NCBI GenBank assembly: GCA_965207735.1
Contig: OZ242296.1
Span: 3,072,001 to 3,136,000 of the forward strand
Length of the DNA stretch: 64,000 bases
Origin: Candidatus Versatilivorator sp.
Lineage (GTDB): Bacteria > Acidobacteriota > Terriglobia > Versatilivoradales > Versatilivoraceae
Direction: 5' to 3'
The notes under the pieces are model-generated. The model searched no databases. It saw only the letters and a program-made list of their open reading frames with translations, and was not told the origin of the DNA. This document shows positions 9,725 to 20,066 of this stretch, one piece after another. Made by a program: the position numbers and the translations under genes. Numbering within the stretch: position 1 is the stretch's first letter; each line of letters starts with the position of its first letter.

Positions 9725-12700
9725 ATAATCCCCATCCCCGTCATAGAATGAGTGCCCTTGTCTCTCCCCAATTCTCCCGACACATGCCCATGATCCCGTT
9801 TCGCCGAAACAGGCCGACACTTCTCCCGTTCCGCCTGGAGTGGCCGGCGGCGCTCCGCCTGGCATTGCTTCCGGTTCTATTGCTGGCCTCGGGCTCGGCT
9901 TCCGTGCACCGGGCCGGGTCGTTCCTGTCGCCGCAGGTGCTGTCCTCGGACCAGGACCGCTACCAGTTTCAGACGTTTGCCGGAGCCCAGGCGGTGACGG
10001 CTGTCCCCCTGCAGCTTCCGGGGAGGATCTCCGTGCTGCTGCTGCCCGGAAGCTACTCCGACTCTGCCTGGCAGGAGGTCGAGCTTCGGGCGAACCAACT
10101 GGCGGTGCTGAAGGATCGACTGGGGCGATTTCGGCTTCACGTGATCGCAGACGGCAGGCTTGGTTCCTGGGAGACCTCTGTCGCGACCCTCCCGCACGAC
10201 CTGTCCGGGCTGAGATCAGGCAGGACGGGCGCCGGCGCCGGCCAGACAGAGCCTCCGGACCAAGAGGACAACGAGGCAGCAGGAATCTACCAGGAGGTGG
10301 GGCAACATCTGCCGGCGCCCTCGGTCCCCTGGGAAACCCTGATACTGATCGCTCCTGAGGAGGGAATCTCCGACCTGGAGCTGAAATCCTACTGTTCCGC
10401 CTACCTGGCCGATCGATTCGGCCGGGAGAAGGTCCGCCTGGTCTATTGGGAGATTCCCGGCGATCCGGCTCCCGACTCGCCGGTGGCGGGGGCAGAGCCG
10501 GAGGACGGCCCGACCTCGGAGGATGCCGGCGAAGGGGTCTGGGCCACGGTCGCCCGGTCCACCTGCGGTTCCGTCATAAGAAGCGTAGGCGAGCTGACCC
10601 GGGCCCTGCGGCCGGCCTCCTGTAGCGAGATTCCCATGCCGGAGGTTGCTCTGCCCAAGGGAGTCTTTCAGTACCGCGCCCGACTGGTGGACCGGGTGGA
10701 CGGGCAGCTAGTGACGGAATTCCCGGCGCTGTCCCAGCCGCTGGACGGCGCGGCGGTCTTGCCTCAAGACTTCGCCCGCCTGCTGCAGGCTCTGCAAAAT
10801 GCCCGTCAGGCCGCGGCTCACAAGAACGGTGAACGGCTCCAGGCTTCGCTCAAGGAGGCCCTTGACCTCAACCCCTTTCATCCTCCCACCCTGCGGTTTG
10901 CGGCGGGGGTCTACCGCCGCCAGGGCGAGCTGAGAACCGCCCTGCAGCTGATGACCCCTTTGGCCTCGCTGCTGCCGGGCGACGCCTCGATCTTCACCGA
11001 CATCGGAGACCTCCACTTCGACCTCCAGGAGTGGGAGCAGAGCGAGCAGGCCTTTCGACGGGCCCTGAACGCCGACCCGGCCGGGGCGTCCGTCCTGGCC
11101 AAGCTGATCGGGATCCGCGAGGCGCAGGGAGAGTATCCCCGGGGGCTGCAGGAAGTCGGTTCCGCTCTGCAGCGCTTTCCGCGGGAAGCCGGCCTCCACG
11201 CCCGCCGGGGCAGCCTGCTGGAAAAATCCGACCGGGGCGAGGAGGCGCTCAAGGCTTACAGCCGAGCCGTCGAACTCCGCCCCGAGCTGGGAGAGGGCTA
11301 CCTTGGATTGGCCCGAATACATCTGGCTCGCGGTCGGCAGGACCAGGCTCGAGAGGTGCTGCAGCAGGCGGCCGGGCGAATCCCCAACGATCCCAAGCTC
11401 CAGATGCGTTATGCCGGCTTCTGCGAAAAGGAGAGTCTGGATGACCAGGCTCTCGACTTCTATCGCAAAGCCTCCCATGCCGATCCCGGATTGCCCGGCG
11501 CCTATGCGGGGCTGGCTCGGGTTCAGATGAATCTGGGTGAAGTCGACGAGGCTCTGGCCACCGCGCGCAAGGGCCTGCAATCCGCCCCCCGCTCGGTGGA
11601 GCTTCACCAGCTCCAGTGCGAGCTCTTGAAGCAAGGCCACCGGATCCCGGAGATGCGGCGGGCGGTCGAAAACGCGGCCAGAACCTTTCCCGGAAATTCC
11701 GAAGTCCTGGCCAGGCTTGCCAGAGTACGGGACGTCTTCGGATATCGGGCCGCCGAAGCCTATGAGGGTCTGGTTGAAGCTCTGGAAGCAGAGGAAGCAA
11801 GCCGGGATCGATTGGAACCGGTTCTGGAACGTGGCCTGCTGGTGGCCTTGCGGGACGGGGATCGAGCCCGGGCCATATTCATGTCCGCAAAGCTGAGCCA
11901 ACTGGGCAGAACGGATTTACCGCCCATCGGCCCGATCGCGGAAACGACGGCAAGGAAAGGCTCGTTGGTGGTTCCCGGCGGCGTACGCGGTCTGGCGCGG
12001 GCAGCCGGCTTGCAGGAGGACACGCCCCCGGAGACCTTCGTTTCCGACTTCGTTTCCCACCTGATACGCCGAACCTATGGAAAGGCCGGAGCCGGATACG
12101 TCCAGGCGCTGCGCTACTACTTCAACTCGGTGGCGGCTCTGCGGGCCTTGGCCAGATCCAGGAAGCTGGAGTTTCAGATTCTGCTCGAGACCGGGAACGA
12201 GTCGCGCCTCAGGAAAACCCGGGAGGTCCTCGCCCTTTTGGGCTGGACCATCAGACGTTCCGAGGGAAGGATCCGGGTGGAACTGGGCACCGATGAATTG
12301 GCCGCGCTCAGACAAACCTTCTCTTCCGCCCTGGGCGTGGACGAGATGGAGATGAAGTCCCAACTCGAGGCCGGGGCCCCCTACCGGTTGACCTTTAGCG
12401 ATCAGGTGGTGCCGATCATATTCGAAGAAAGATTCTGGTTGAGGCGCTTCTTTGAGGGGAATCGTCCGGTCGGAGGCCTCTTGAGAGCTTTCGCCGAGAA
12501 AATCCCCTCCGCTCGGCTCTACGCGGGGCTGGCGGCAATGAACGATGAGGCCCGGCGTCTGGTGGTGGAGACCTATACCAGCCGGGAATTGCTGGAGGTG
12601 CACCCGAGCAGCCTGCTGGCTTACGGCTCAGCTCTGTCTGTCCGCGAGGGAGCGCTGCTTCTGCCCGGCGGGGCCGAGGCGGCGCCGGCCTGGGAATCCC

Positions 12701-15042
12701 TCCTGGGCGTTCGTCCCGACAGACCCAAGCGGTTTGTCAGGCGCCTCTTTACTCAAGAACAGGGCAAGCCGCTGGCCTTCTATCACACCCTCATCAACCT
12801 GCCGGAAGAGAACCAACGGTTTCTCACGCGCAGCCCGGGGCGGTTGGCCAAGTTCTACGCTGCCTTTCCCTTCACGGGTTCCGCGGAGGCCAATCGGCGC
12901 ATTGTCAACCATCGCAACCCCTTCAGAAATCTGCTACGGGAACTGCCGCTGGATGCGGAGGGGCGGGTTCGTTTCCCCGGCAGCGCCCGGGTCTGGGTGG
13001 TGCCACGCGGATGGTCCGGCAGGCCGGAAGAGATTCAAGATTCCTCCCGCCTTGCTGTTCCGGTTGTCCCTGGAGAAGCCGAGGACGAAATCCTGCTTCG
13101 GATGCCTCAGGAGAATTATCAGTTCGGCATGAAGAAGTACAGCCGGGTGGAGAACTTTCTGGCGGTGGTGCACCTGGAGCGGCACTGGGAACAACCGATG
13201 GCGGAGGAGGCTGCCCTGCTGCTTTCCCGGAGCTTTCCCAAATACCACGAGATCTTCCCCTATCTGGCATCCTTGCCGAAACCTACCACTCAGCAACTCC
13301 AGAGGTTCTTCCAGGCAGCCCGTAACATAGAAGAGGTTGACCTCGACAGCTTGAACGCCACCTTGGGCCAGTTCCATGGGCTCCTCCAGACCCTGGTGCT
13401 CCTTTCGGAGAATCGGGCGCTGGACGAGTCGGAAATCGCCTCGATTCTGGACGCTGTCTGCCAGAAATTTGCCGAAGCCAGGACCGAGTCGGATTTCACC
13501 GAGGCCACAGTGGCCATCCTGCGACTTCTGGAGCGGGCCCTGCCCTCCCCCCCATCACCCCCTGCGGAGAACGGTTCGTCATCAGCCGCAAGGCGCTATG
13601 GCAGCCGCCTGAAGATCCTGGCGCCCCAATCGACCGGTATCGACAGCCGATTGATGGCGGCCCTGGGGGGGAATTCCAAGAAAGTGGAGTTCGAGTCCGG
13701 CGGCCGGACGGCCGCCATCGATGCCGGCTCGATCAACCGGGGAAGAATCGAGGAGGTCTTGAGGGTCCAGCGGGTCCCCTCGCTGACAGGCCTGATGGAG
13801 CTCTACGATGCTGCAATGGCCGTGCGGAGGAGCGGGGACAAGGTAGTCCTGGACACCTTCAAGAGGACTCTCGGCGAACTCCATGCCCTGGAGCAACAAC
13901 TGGAGAACCAGTTGACGGAGGCGCAGCAGGGGAATGCGTCTTTTCTGCGGCGAATCCGAACCTCAAAGTGGATGCGCCAACTGAACGATGCCACGGCCAA
14001 CCGCAATCGCTCGGACTCCCTCTCCGAATTATCTCAGGATCTGGTCAGCCAGTTGGGCGGAAGTCTCAAAGACGCCCTGGTCGGCTGGGTCTATGCCTAC
14101 TATTTCTCACCGCGGGATCTGGCGGTGGCTGAAGATCCGCTGCTGACCAGGAAGCACCAGTTCCACGTTGCCCTAGGCAGCGGCCGGCGTTATTACTGGC
14201 CGCCGGCATCCCGCCAAACGCTGCGGCGCCAGACCGGGAACTATCTGCGGGGCCCGCTCTGTCAGATTGCCACGCTGACGGGAGAGATCGGATTGGTCAA
14301 AGCCGAAGCCGGCGAATCCATAGGAACCGATCCGGTAGTGGAGGGTTTCGCTGCCGCCCAGCTTTCCGGGGTGAGATCCCTGCCCTGGTCCCATCTCAAC
14401 CCGCTCAGCATGCACCTGGTGGCCTTGAAGCTTCGGCTGGCCCGAGAGTTCCTGGCCCGGTCGGCCCTGCAGCCGAATCTGCAACAGAACCTGGCGCAGG
14501 TAGTCGAGGGAATACTGGGGGCGACCCGGCGGGCTCAGTTGCTGGAGGCTGTGGCCAAGCGGGAATTGGAAGGCCTGTTCGCCATGCTGAGTTCCTCTGA
14601 TCTCTACTACCTGGGGAGTCGCCTGTGGGATCAAGATCGGGCCGCACTTCTAGGGAGTGGGCCGGTTCGGGAGGCATTGGAGCACGCCTCGGCCCTGGTT
14701 CCACCTCACCAGGATCGATTTTTTGCCGGTTCCGAGCTGGGTAACCGCATTTATTGCAAGCGGCTCCCGCCACCGCCCTACGAGGAGTACAACAACGCCT
14801 TGCTGACCCACCACCTTTCCAGGCGATTGGGTCACCTGATGCTGACGCTGGCCGAATTGGCCGACCGGTTCGGCCTGCCCGTGGAAGCCGTGGCCCTGGC
14901 GGCGGAACCGGCCGTGAGGCACCTGGCCCTCAATGCTCAAATGAACAACAGCGCCGACTGGAGAGGCGCTCTTCGGGCCATGTCCCAGCTGCCGCTGGAG
15001 GAGTTGGTACGTCAAGTGGCCCAACCGGAACCAGGTTATTAG
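9721..15042 (+). CDS. Giant exported TPR-repeat protein of unknown function (1773 aa)
   Basis: Long uninterrupted ORF; signal-like ALRLALLPVLLLASGSA; run of TPR-like repeats at about aa 350-680; long C-terminal region. Start may be 9784 or 9790. Confidence 0.8.
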   Translation: MNNPHPRHRMSALVSPQFSRHMPMIPFRRNRPTLLPFRLEWPAALRLALLPVLLLASGSASVHRAGSFLSPQVLSSDQDRYQFQTFAGAQAVTAVPLQLPGRISVLLLPGSYSDSAWQEVELRANQLAVLKDRLGRFRLHVIADGRLGSWETSVATLPHDLSGLRSGRTGAGAGQTEPPDQEDNEAAGIYQEVGQHLPAPSVPWETLILIAPEEGISDLELKSYCSAYLADRFGREKVRLVYWEIPGDPAPDSPVAGAEPEDGPTSEDAGEGVWATVARSTCGSVIRSVGELTRALRPASCSEIPMPEVALPKGVFQYRARLVDRVDGQLVTEFPALSQPLDGAAVLPQDFARLLQALQNARQAAAHKNGERLQASLKEALDLNPFHPPTLRFAAGVYRRQGELRTALQLMTPLASLLPGDASIFTDIGDLHFDLQEWEQSEQAFRRALNADPAGASVLAKLIGIREAQGEYPRGLQEVGSALQRFPREAGLHARRGSLLEKSDRGEEALKAYSRAVELRPELGEGYLGLARIHLARGRQDQAREVLQQAAGRIPNDPKLQMRYAGFCEKESLDDQALDFYRKASHADPGLPGAYAGLARVQMNLGEVDEALATARKGLQSAPRSVELHQLQCELLKQGHRIPEMRRAVENAARTFPGNSEVLARLARVRDVFGYRAAEAYEGLVEALEAEEASRDRLEPVLERGLLVALRDGDRARAIFMSAKLSQLGRTDLPPIGPIAETTARKGSLVVPGGVRGLARAAGLQEDTPPETFVSDFVSHLIRRTYGKAGAGYVQALRYYFNSVAALRALARSRKLEFQILLETGNESRLRKTREVLALLGWTIRRSEGRIRVELGTDELAALRQTFSSALGVDEMEMKSQLEAGAPYRLTFSDQVVPIIFEERFWLRRFFEGNRPVGGLLRAFAEKIPSARLYAGLAAMNDEARRLVVETYTSRELLEVHPSSLLAYGSALSVREGALLLPGGAEAAPAWESLLGVRPDRPKRFVRRLFTQEQGKPLAFYHTLINLPEENQRFLTRSPGRLAKFYAAFPFTGSAEANRRIVNHRNPFRNLLRELPLDAEGRVRFPGSARVWVVPRGWSGRPEEIQDSSRLAVPVVPGEAEDEILLRMPQENYQFGMKKYSRVENFLAVVHLERHWEQPMAEEAALLLSRSFPKYHEIFPYLASLPKPTTQQLQRFFQAARNIEEVDLDSLNATLGQFHGLLQTLVLLSENRALDESEIASILDAVCQKFAEARTESDFTEATVAILRLLERALPSPPSPPAENGSSSAARRYGSRLKILAPQSTGIDSRLMAALGGNSKKVEFESGGRTAAIDAGSINRGRIEEVLRVQRVPSLTGLMELYDAAMAVRRSGDKVVLDTFKRTLGELHALEQQLENQLTEAQQGNASFLRRIRTSKWMRQLNDATANRNRSDSLSELSQDLVSQLGGSLKDALVGWVYAYYFSPRDLAVAEDPLLTRKHQFHVALGSGRRYYWPPASRQTLRRQTGNYLRGPLCQIATLTGEIGLVKAEAGESIGTDPVVEGFAAAQLSGVRSLPWSHLNPLSMHLVALKLRLAREFLARSALQPNLQQNLAQVVEGILGATRRAQLLEAVAKRELEGLFAMLSSSDLYYLGSRLWDQDRAALLGSGPVREALEHASALVPPHQDRFFAGSELGNRIYCKRLPPPPYEEYNNALLTHHLSRRLGHLMLTLAELADRFGLPVEAVALAAEPAVRHLALNAQMNNSADWRGALRAMSQLPLEELVRQVAQPEPGY

Positions 15043-15056
15043 TCTGGAGCAATCTC

Positions 15057-15803
15057 ATGAGATCCCTTCGCGGCTGGATGGGTCTGGCTCTCTTCCTGGG
15101 AGCCGTGCAAACCGCCGTGCCCCAGGAAAATGCGGAAACTCGCTCCGTCGCTGCCCGCCTCATCCTGGCGGAAGGGGGCAGGCCCGAGGGCGGTATCGCC
15201 GAAGTCGGCAAACTTCTGCCCGGCCAGGGCGGCGGGCAAGCCCATTTCCTGGAACTCAGTACGCGGGGCCTGCCCTCCACGGGTTCCGACGAGGCCAAGG
15301 TGACCCTGATCGAGTTCTCGGATTACCAGTGTTTCTTTTGCCGGCGCCACGACCGGCAAGTGGCTCCCCGGATCGTGGACGAGTATGTCAAGAGCGGTCG
15401 GGTGAAGTATTTCTTTGCAGATTTCCCCCTGGCTTCCCACCCCGGCGCCTCCAAAGCGGCCCAGGCGGCCCACTGCGCCGGCGATCAGGGCAACTACTGG
15501 GAAATGAACGACCTGTTGTTCCGGCACCCCCAGTCCCTCACCGAGGGAACACTCAAAGCCTTCGGCAGCAGCCTGGGGCTCGACAACCGGGTCTTTCTGG
15601 ACTGTGTCGAAAGCGGCAAGCACGCCCAAAAGGTCCGGGACGGCTTGAGTGAGGGCAAGAGGGCCGGAGTTCGGGGAACTCCCTCCTTTTTCTTCGGGTT
15701 GACGGATCAGACCCAACCCAAAATCAGGGTCCGGAGAACGCTGACCGGAGCCCACCCCTATCCCGCCTTCCAAAAGATAATCGAAGAACTGCTGGCGCAG
15801 TAA
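15057..15803 (+). CDS. DsbA-family thioredoxin-fold protein
   Basis: GGAG RBS, signal peptide, EFSDYQCFFC (CxxC), GVRGTPSFF cis-Pro loop. Confidence 0.9.
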   Translation: MRSLRGWMGLALFLGAVQTAVPQENAETRSVAARLILAEGGRPEGGIAEVGKLLPGQGGGQAHFLELSTRGLPSTGSDEAKVTLIEFSDYQCFFCRRHDRQVAPRIVDEYVKSGRVKYFFADFPLASHPGASKAAQAAHCAGDQGNYWEMNDLLFRHPQSLTEGTLKAFGSSLGLDNRVFLDCVESGKHAQKVRDGLSEGKRAGVRGTPSFFFGLTDQTQPKIRVRRTLTGAHPYPAFQKIIEELLAQ

Positions 15804-15840
15804 CCCCACAAAACCCGCGGCTCAGCACCCCGGATAATCA

Positions 15841-15895
15841 CTCTCCCCTTGAGGGGGAGTCGAGCCGGAAGGCGAAGGCTGATGCGGGGGGTGGG
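15841..15895. repeat. REP-like palindromic element
   Basis: CTCCCC-TTGAG-GGGGAG hairpin followed by a G-rich tail; intergenic between convergent genes; single copy in the window. Confidence 0.4.
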
Positions 15896-15938
15896 CGCCC
15901 GGCCACCAGGCCCGTGCCGTTGAAGCAGTTCCGTCTCG

Positions 15939-16001
15939 CTTAGTGGCCCTTCGTCGTCCTTCGTGTCTCTTCGTGGATTTCTTTGTTGGTCCTTCGCGGA
16001 T
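15939..16001 (-). repeat. Inverted fragment of repeat family B (ACGAAG decamer module)
   Basis: Reverse complement contains ATCCACGAAGAGACACGAAGGACGACGAAGGGCCACTAAG, matching 49325-49364. Confidence 0.85.
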
Positions 16002-16023
16002 CGTGGCTCAACGGAGCGGGTGC

Positions 16024-17244
16024 CTATCCCTGGGACTTCGGGCTGTTTCCGGAGGCGGGAGCCGTGGGTTGGGTTGTCTCTGAAGGCGCTACTTCATCCC
16101 GTGGCGGCCGGCTGGACCACCAGGAGGCCAGCATGGCGCCCGACATGTTCATCCAGGGTCCGAAAACGGCCGAAGGCAAGGCCGCCATCGAGCTCTGCCA
16201 TACCTTGACGGCCAGTCCGGAAGCCATGCCTCCGTTCTGCAGGCCGACCTCGATGGCCACGGTGCGGGAGTCGGTTTCCCCCAGTCCCACCGCTCGGGCG
16301 CCACCATAGCCGAATAGATAACCGACAACGTTGTGGACTACCGCCGCCACGATGATGGTCAGGACGAAGCCGCCGGCAAGCAACGAATCGCGGGACAGAG
16401 AGGTGATGATCCCGATGATGAAACAGATCGAGAACATGGAGACGAAAGGCAGTGCCTTCATGATGGAGTTGGAGACCAGCTTGAGGTTGGGATGGGTTGC
16501 CCCCAGTCGTGTCAGGATGGCGTTGGCCACCAGCCCTCCCGCCACCGGCAGGATGATCATCTTGATGATGGCCACCATCATGGCAATGAACTTGACTTCC
16601 ACATAAGTCCCGGCCAACAGTTTGGTCATGGCCGGTGTCATGAGCGGTGCGGCCAGGGTGGAGCAGGAGGTCATGGTGACCGAGAGGGCTACGTTACCCT
16701 TGGCCAGGAAGGTCATCACATTGGACGCCACCCCTCCGGGGCAGGAGCCGATCAGCACCATGCCGGCCGCGACCTCCGGATTGGTGGTGGTCAGCATTGC
16801 CAACCCCTTCCCTACGAAAGGCATGACCGAAAACTGCAGGACCATACCGATGATCACGGCTTTGGGCATTGAGAATACCCGCAGGAAGTCACCTGGAGTC
16901 AACTGGGTGCCCATGCCGAACATGATGATCTGTATGAGAGGCACCATCAGGGTGCTGAGCTCGAACCCGTACCAGGTGTGAAAGACGCTCGGATAGAACA
17001 TGGCCGCGGCCACGAAGGCAGCCACCCAAAGCGTGAAGGCAAAGGCGGAGTAGTTGCGGCTCTTGCCCACCGCGACGGCCAGCAGGCTGAACAGGAGAAC
17101 AACTGCCGGTCCGATGAAGCCCACCGCGCCGGTGGCCAGGAAGACCGGTATCAGCAGGCAGGCAATCAGAGCCAGAAGCAGACAGGCTCGGCAGGCGCCG
17201 CGCTGGGATGGGCAAGGAAGGTTCTTGCCGTCTGAAGATGCCAT
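16024..17244 (-). CDS. Bile acid:sodium symporter (BASS) family transporter
   Basis: IMFGMG, GMVLQFSVMP, GSCPGGVASNV, IEVGLQNGG motifs. Confidence 0.92.
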   Translation of the reverse strand: MASSDGKNLPCPSQRGACRACLLLALIACLLIPVFLATGAVGFIGPAVVLLFSLLAVAVGKSRNYSAFAFTLWVAAFVAAAMFYPSVFHTWYGFELSTLMVPLIQIIMFGMGTQLTPGDFLRVFSMPKAVIIGMVLQFSVMPFVGKGLAMLTTTNPEVAAGMVLIGSCPGGVASNVMTFLAKGNVALSVTMTSCSTLAAPLMTPAMTKLLAGTYVEVKFIAMMVAIIKMIILPVAGGLVANAILTRLGATHPNLKLVSNSIMKALPFVSMFSICFIIGIITSLSRDSLLAGGFVLTIIVAAVVHNVVGYLFGYGGARAVGLGETDSRTVAIEVGLQNGGMASGLAVKVWQSSMAALPSAVFGPWMNMSGAMLASWWSSRPPRDEVAPSETTQPTAPASGNSPKSQG

Positions 17245-17399
17245 GGGTTTCCTTGGTCTCGGGCGGTGACCATCGATGTGATGGGAGAGACCGGGTTACA
17301 ATTGAGTTCGGCTCCCCCGGTCGTTTCCCGGCTTCCTGCCAATGAGCCCGGCGGGGACGAAGGGCAGAGGTTTCCCTGCCCTGTGGATTTCAATAGAGC

Positions 17400-17476
<77 letters not shown>

Positions 17477-17505
17477 TGCAAGTGCGGTAGCTCAAAAGTC
17501 GGCTG

Positions 17506-17534
17506 ATTATAGCCGAGTGGAAGGTGGCAGGCAA
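17506..17534 (-). promoter_or_regulatory. Sigma70 promoter of tRNA-Arg
   Basis: Minus strand TTGCCT-17nt-TATAAT, about 30 nt upstream of the tRNA. Confidence 0.7.
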
Positions 17535-17725
17535 GGCGAGCGGGGGCAGTGGCGGGCCGATCCAACCAGCAGGCGGCCAGCCAAGCCCGCGGGCGTTGCC
17601 GGCATTGTCGATGGCGCTTCCCGATGCCGGTTCGTTGACAGTCTGCACATAAATCACAACCAGATCCGATGGCGGCAACCCCCGAGTTCCTGCGGAAGCG
17701 ATGAGTACATCCTAAAGGAGAGACC

Positions 17726-18916
17726 ATGAAAATCAGCCGGTTGGAATGCCTGCATGCCGATGCAGGATGCCGCAACTTCGACTACCTCAAGATCACCACC
17801 GACGACGGTCTCACGGGCTGGAGCGAATTCAACGAGTCCTTTGGCGGAATGGGGGTTTCGGCCGTCATCGAACACCTGGCGCCCACGCTGCTGGGACGAG
17901 ACCCTCGGGCCTACGAGGCTATCGGCGCCATACTCTATGCGGTCAGGCGCCAGGCCAGCGGCGGCCTGGTGCAGCAGGCCCTGGGAGCCATCGAAAACGC
18001 GCTGTTGGACCTCAAGGCCAAGTCTCTGGGGATTTCGGTCAGCGAGATGCTCGGGGGACCGGTGCGAGACAGGATCCGCCTCTACTGGTCTCATTGCGGA
18101 ACCTACCGGGTGGCCTGGCACGAGGAGATGGGCATTCCCCCCGTGAAGACGCTGGCTGACGTGGTGGCCATGGGCAAGGAAGTGGTGGCCCGGGGATTCA
18201 CGGCTCTGAAGACCAACATCTTCCTGCTGGACGGCAAGCCGCGCCTGCACATCCCCGGATTCTCCCTGGTTGATGAATTTCCGGCCCTGAACGCGGAGCG
18301 GCCGGTCCTGCGAGCCATGTGCGACCAGTTGGAAGCCTTCCGGGAAGGGGCCGGGCCCGACATGGATATTCTGGTCGACCTTAATTTCAACTTCAAGACC
18401 GAAGGCTTCCTGAAGATGGCTCGGGCCATGGAGCCTTTCGATCTGCTGTGGGTGGAAATAGACAGCCGGGACCCCAAGGCGCTGCAGTGGATTCGCCGCG
18501 GCACCCGTATTCCGCTGGCCTCGGGTGAGTGCCTGTTCGGCAGGCGCGACTACAAGCCATACCTGGACCAGCAGTCCATGGATGTGGCCATTATCGACGT
18601 CCCCTGGAACGGCTTGGCCGAATCCCTGAAAATCGCCTCGCTGGCCGACATCCACGAGGTAAACGTGGCTCCCCACAACTTCTACAGCCCCCTGGCCACC
18701 ATGATGAGCGCGCACTTCTGCTCGGTCGCACCCAACGTGCGGATCATGGAGATCGACCCCGATACGGTGCCCTGGTACGACGACCTGGTGACGGTGAGGC
18801 CCAGGATCGTGGAGGGGTTTCTGCACCTTCCCAGCGGGCCGGGCTGGGGCACAGAAGTGAATGAGGAGGCGGTGCGGGCCCACCCTCCAAGGGTGAAGCA
18901 GTGGAAGTTCTCTTGA
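17726..18916 (+). CDS. Mandelate racemase/muconate lactonizing (enolase superfamily) enzyme
   Basis: AIENALLDLKAK, GFTALKTN, ILVDLN, PLASGE, APHN, PSGPGWG; AAGGAG RBS. Confidence 0.9.
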   Translation: MKISRLECLHADAGCRNFDYLKITTDDGLTGWSEFNESFGGMGVSAVIEHLAPTLLGRDPRAYEAIGAILYAVRRQASGGLVQQALGAIENALLDLKAKSLGISVSEMLGGPVRDRIRLYWSHCGTYRVAWHEEMGIPPVKTLADVVAMGKEVVARGFTALKTNIFLLDGKPRLHIPGFSLVDEFPALNAERPVLRAMCDQLEAFREGAGPDMDILVDLNFNFKTEGFLKMARAMEPFDLLWVEIDSRDPKALQWIRRGTRIPLASGECLFGRRDYKPYLDQQSMDVAIIDVPWNGLAESLKIASLADIHEVNVAPHNFYSPLATMMSAHFCSVAPNVRIMEIDPDTVPWYDDLVTVRPRIVEGFLHLPSGPGWGTEVNEEAVRAHPPRVKQWKFS

Positions 18917-18941
18917 GGTCGCTATCGGGGGAGGGGAGTAT

Positions 18942-20051
18942 TCAGCCCTGACTTTCGTCAGTTGCCGTCTTTGAGGACTTGATGGGGTAGCTCTCGGGGG
19001 CACCGTCTCCGCCGATCTGCACCGAAAAGGTCCCATCGGCCCCGACCGAGGCCTTGATGAACTGGCCGGCTTCCCCGTCGGGATTGGCGATGAACCGGGG
19101 CTGGGTATTCAACTCGGGACCGGTCCGAAGGTTGCGATGAACCTGCCAGATGGTTTCAATCCCCTCCACCCCCATCAGGGTTTTCATGGTTTCCGGCTCC
19201 GCCCCTTTTTTGGGAGCGTTGTTGACGACGACAACCCGCGGCCGAATGCTCTCGATCAGGACCGGGTTGTTGCTGGAGTCCAATCCGTGGTGGCTGATCT
19301 GAAAAAGATCCACCCTGCCGACCCGGTTCACCGGACAGACCAGCTCGGCTTCCATCTCCCAGGTCAGATCCCCGGTGTCCAAAAACGAAAACCCACCGTA
19401 GCTCAACAACAGCACCACACTCTGGGCGTTGTCGGTCTGGTCCGGTGGTTTGGATGTCCTGGCATCGCAGGACGGATTGGGTGAGATATTTCCGGCCGTC
19501 GGCAGAAACTCTCCCGCGGAGGCCAGGCAGTACAGCCCCATTTTCGGCAGCCCTTCTGACTGCCTCAGCGTAATCTCATCGCCGGGCTTGAGTGTCCGGG
19601 AACGTCCTTGGGTCGTTTCCCTGTACCTGGCGATCCCCGCCTTTGCCCGCTTCAAATCGCCTTTGGCGGCATAATCGCTTTCCTTGGGAAACCCCCGATC
19701 ATAGAAGTTCCTGATGGGGATCCGCTGGTGCACCCGCGTCGCTCCGGCGTAATGGTCTCCATGCCAGTGGGTAGCCACGAAATGGTCGATCTGTGTCAGG
19801 CCGGCCACCTGACCGGCCACCCGATGGATCCGTTCGGCGTGGCTCTCCCGGTCCTCTCCGGCGTCCACCAGGATCGACTCGCCGCTGGGTGTGACGATCA
19901 GAGTGGCCGCTCCCCCGTCGACATCGACCCAGTAGATTTCCAGGGGGCGGTCCTTCGGGGCGGCTTCCTCCGTCACGGGGGGTTGTTCCTTGGCGGCACA
20001 CCCGGCCAAGGACAGAACCATCGCAATGAGAGCCGGAAATGCCTTCAGCAT
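18942..20051 (-). CDS. Lipoprotein, metallo-beta-lactamase fold (ComEC/Rec2-like) hydrolase
   Basis: Lipobox LAGC; VDVDGGAATL, THWHGDH, FLDTGDL, SHHG; AAGGAG RBS. Confidence 0.85.
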   Translation of the reverse strand: MLKAFPALIAMVLSLAGCAAKEQPPVTEEAAPKDRPLEIYWVDVDGGAATLIVTPSGESILVDAGEDRESHAERIHRVAGQVAGLTQIDHFVATHWHGDHYAGATRVHQRIPIRNFYDRGFPKESDYAAKGDLKRAKAGIARYRETTQGRSRTLKPGDEITLRQSEGLPKMGLYCLASAGEFLPTAGNISPNPSCDARTSKPPDQTDNAQSVVLLLSYGGFSFLDTGDLTWEMEAELVCPVNRVGRVDLFQISHHGLDSSNNPVLIESIRPRVVVVNNAPKKGAEPETMKTLMGVEGIETIWQVHRNLRTGPELNTQPRFIANPDGEAGQFIKASVGADGTFSVQIGGDGAPESYPIKSSKTATDESQG

Positions 20052-20066
20052 GGGATCTCCTTACTA

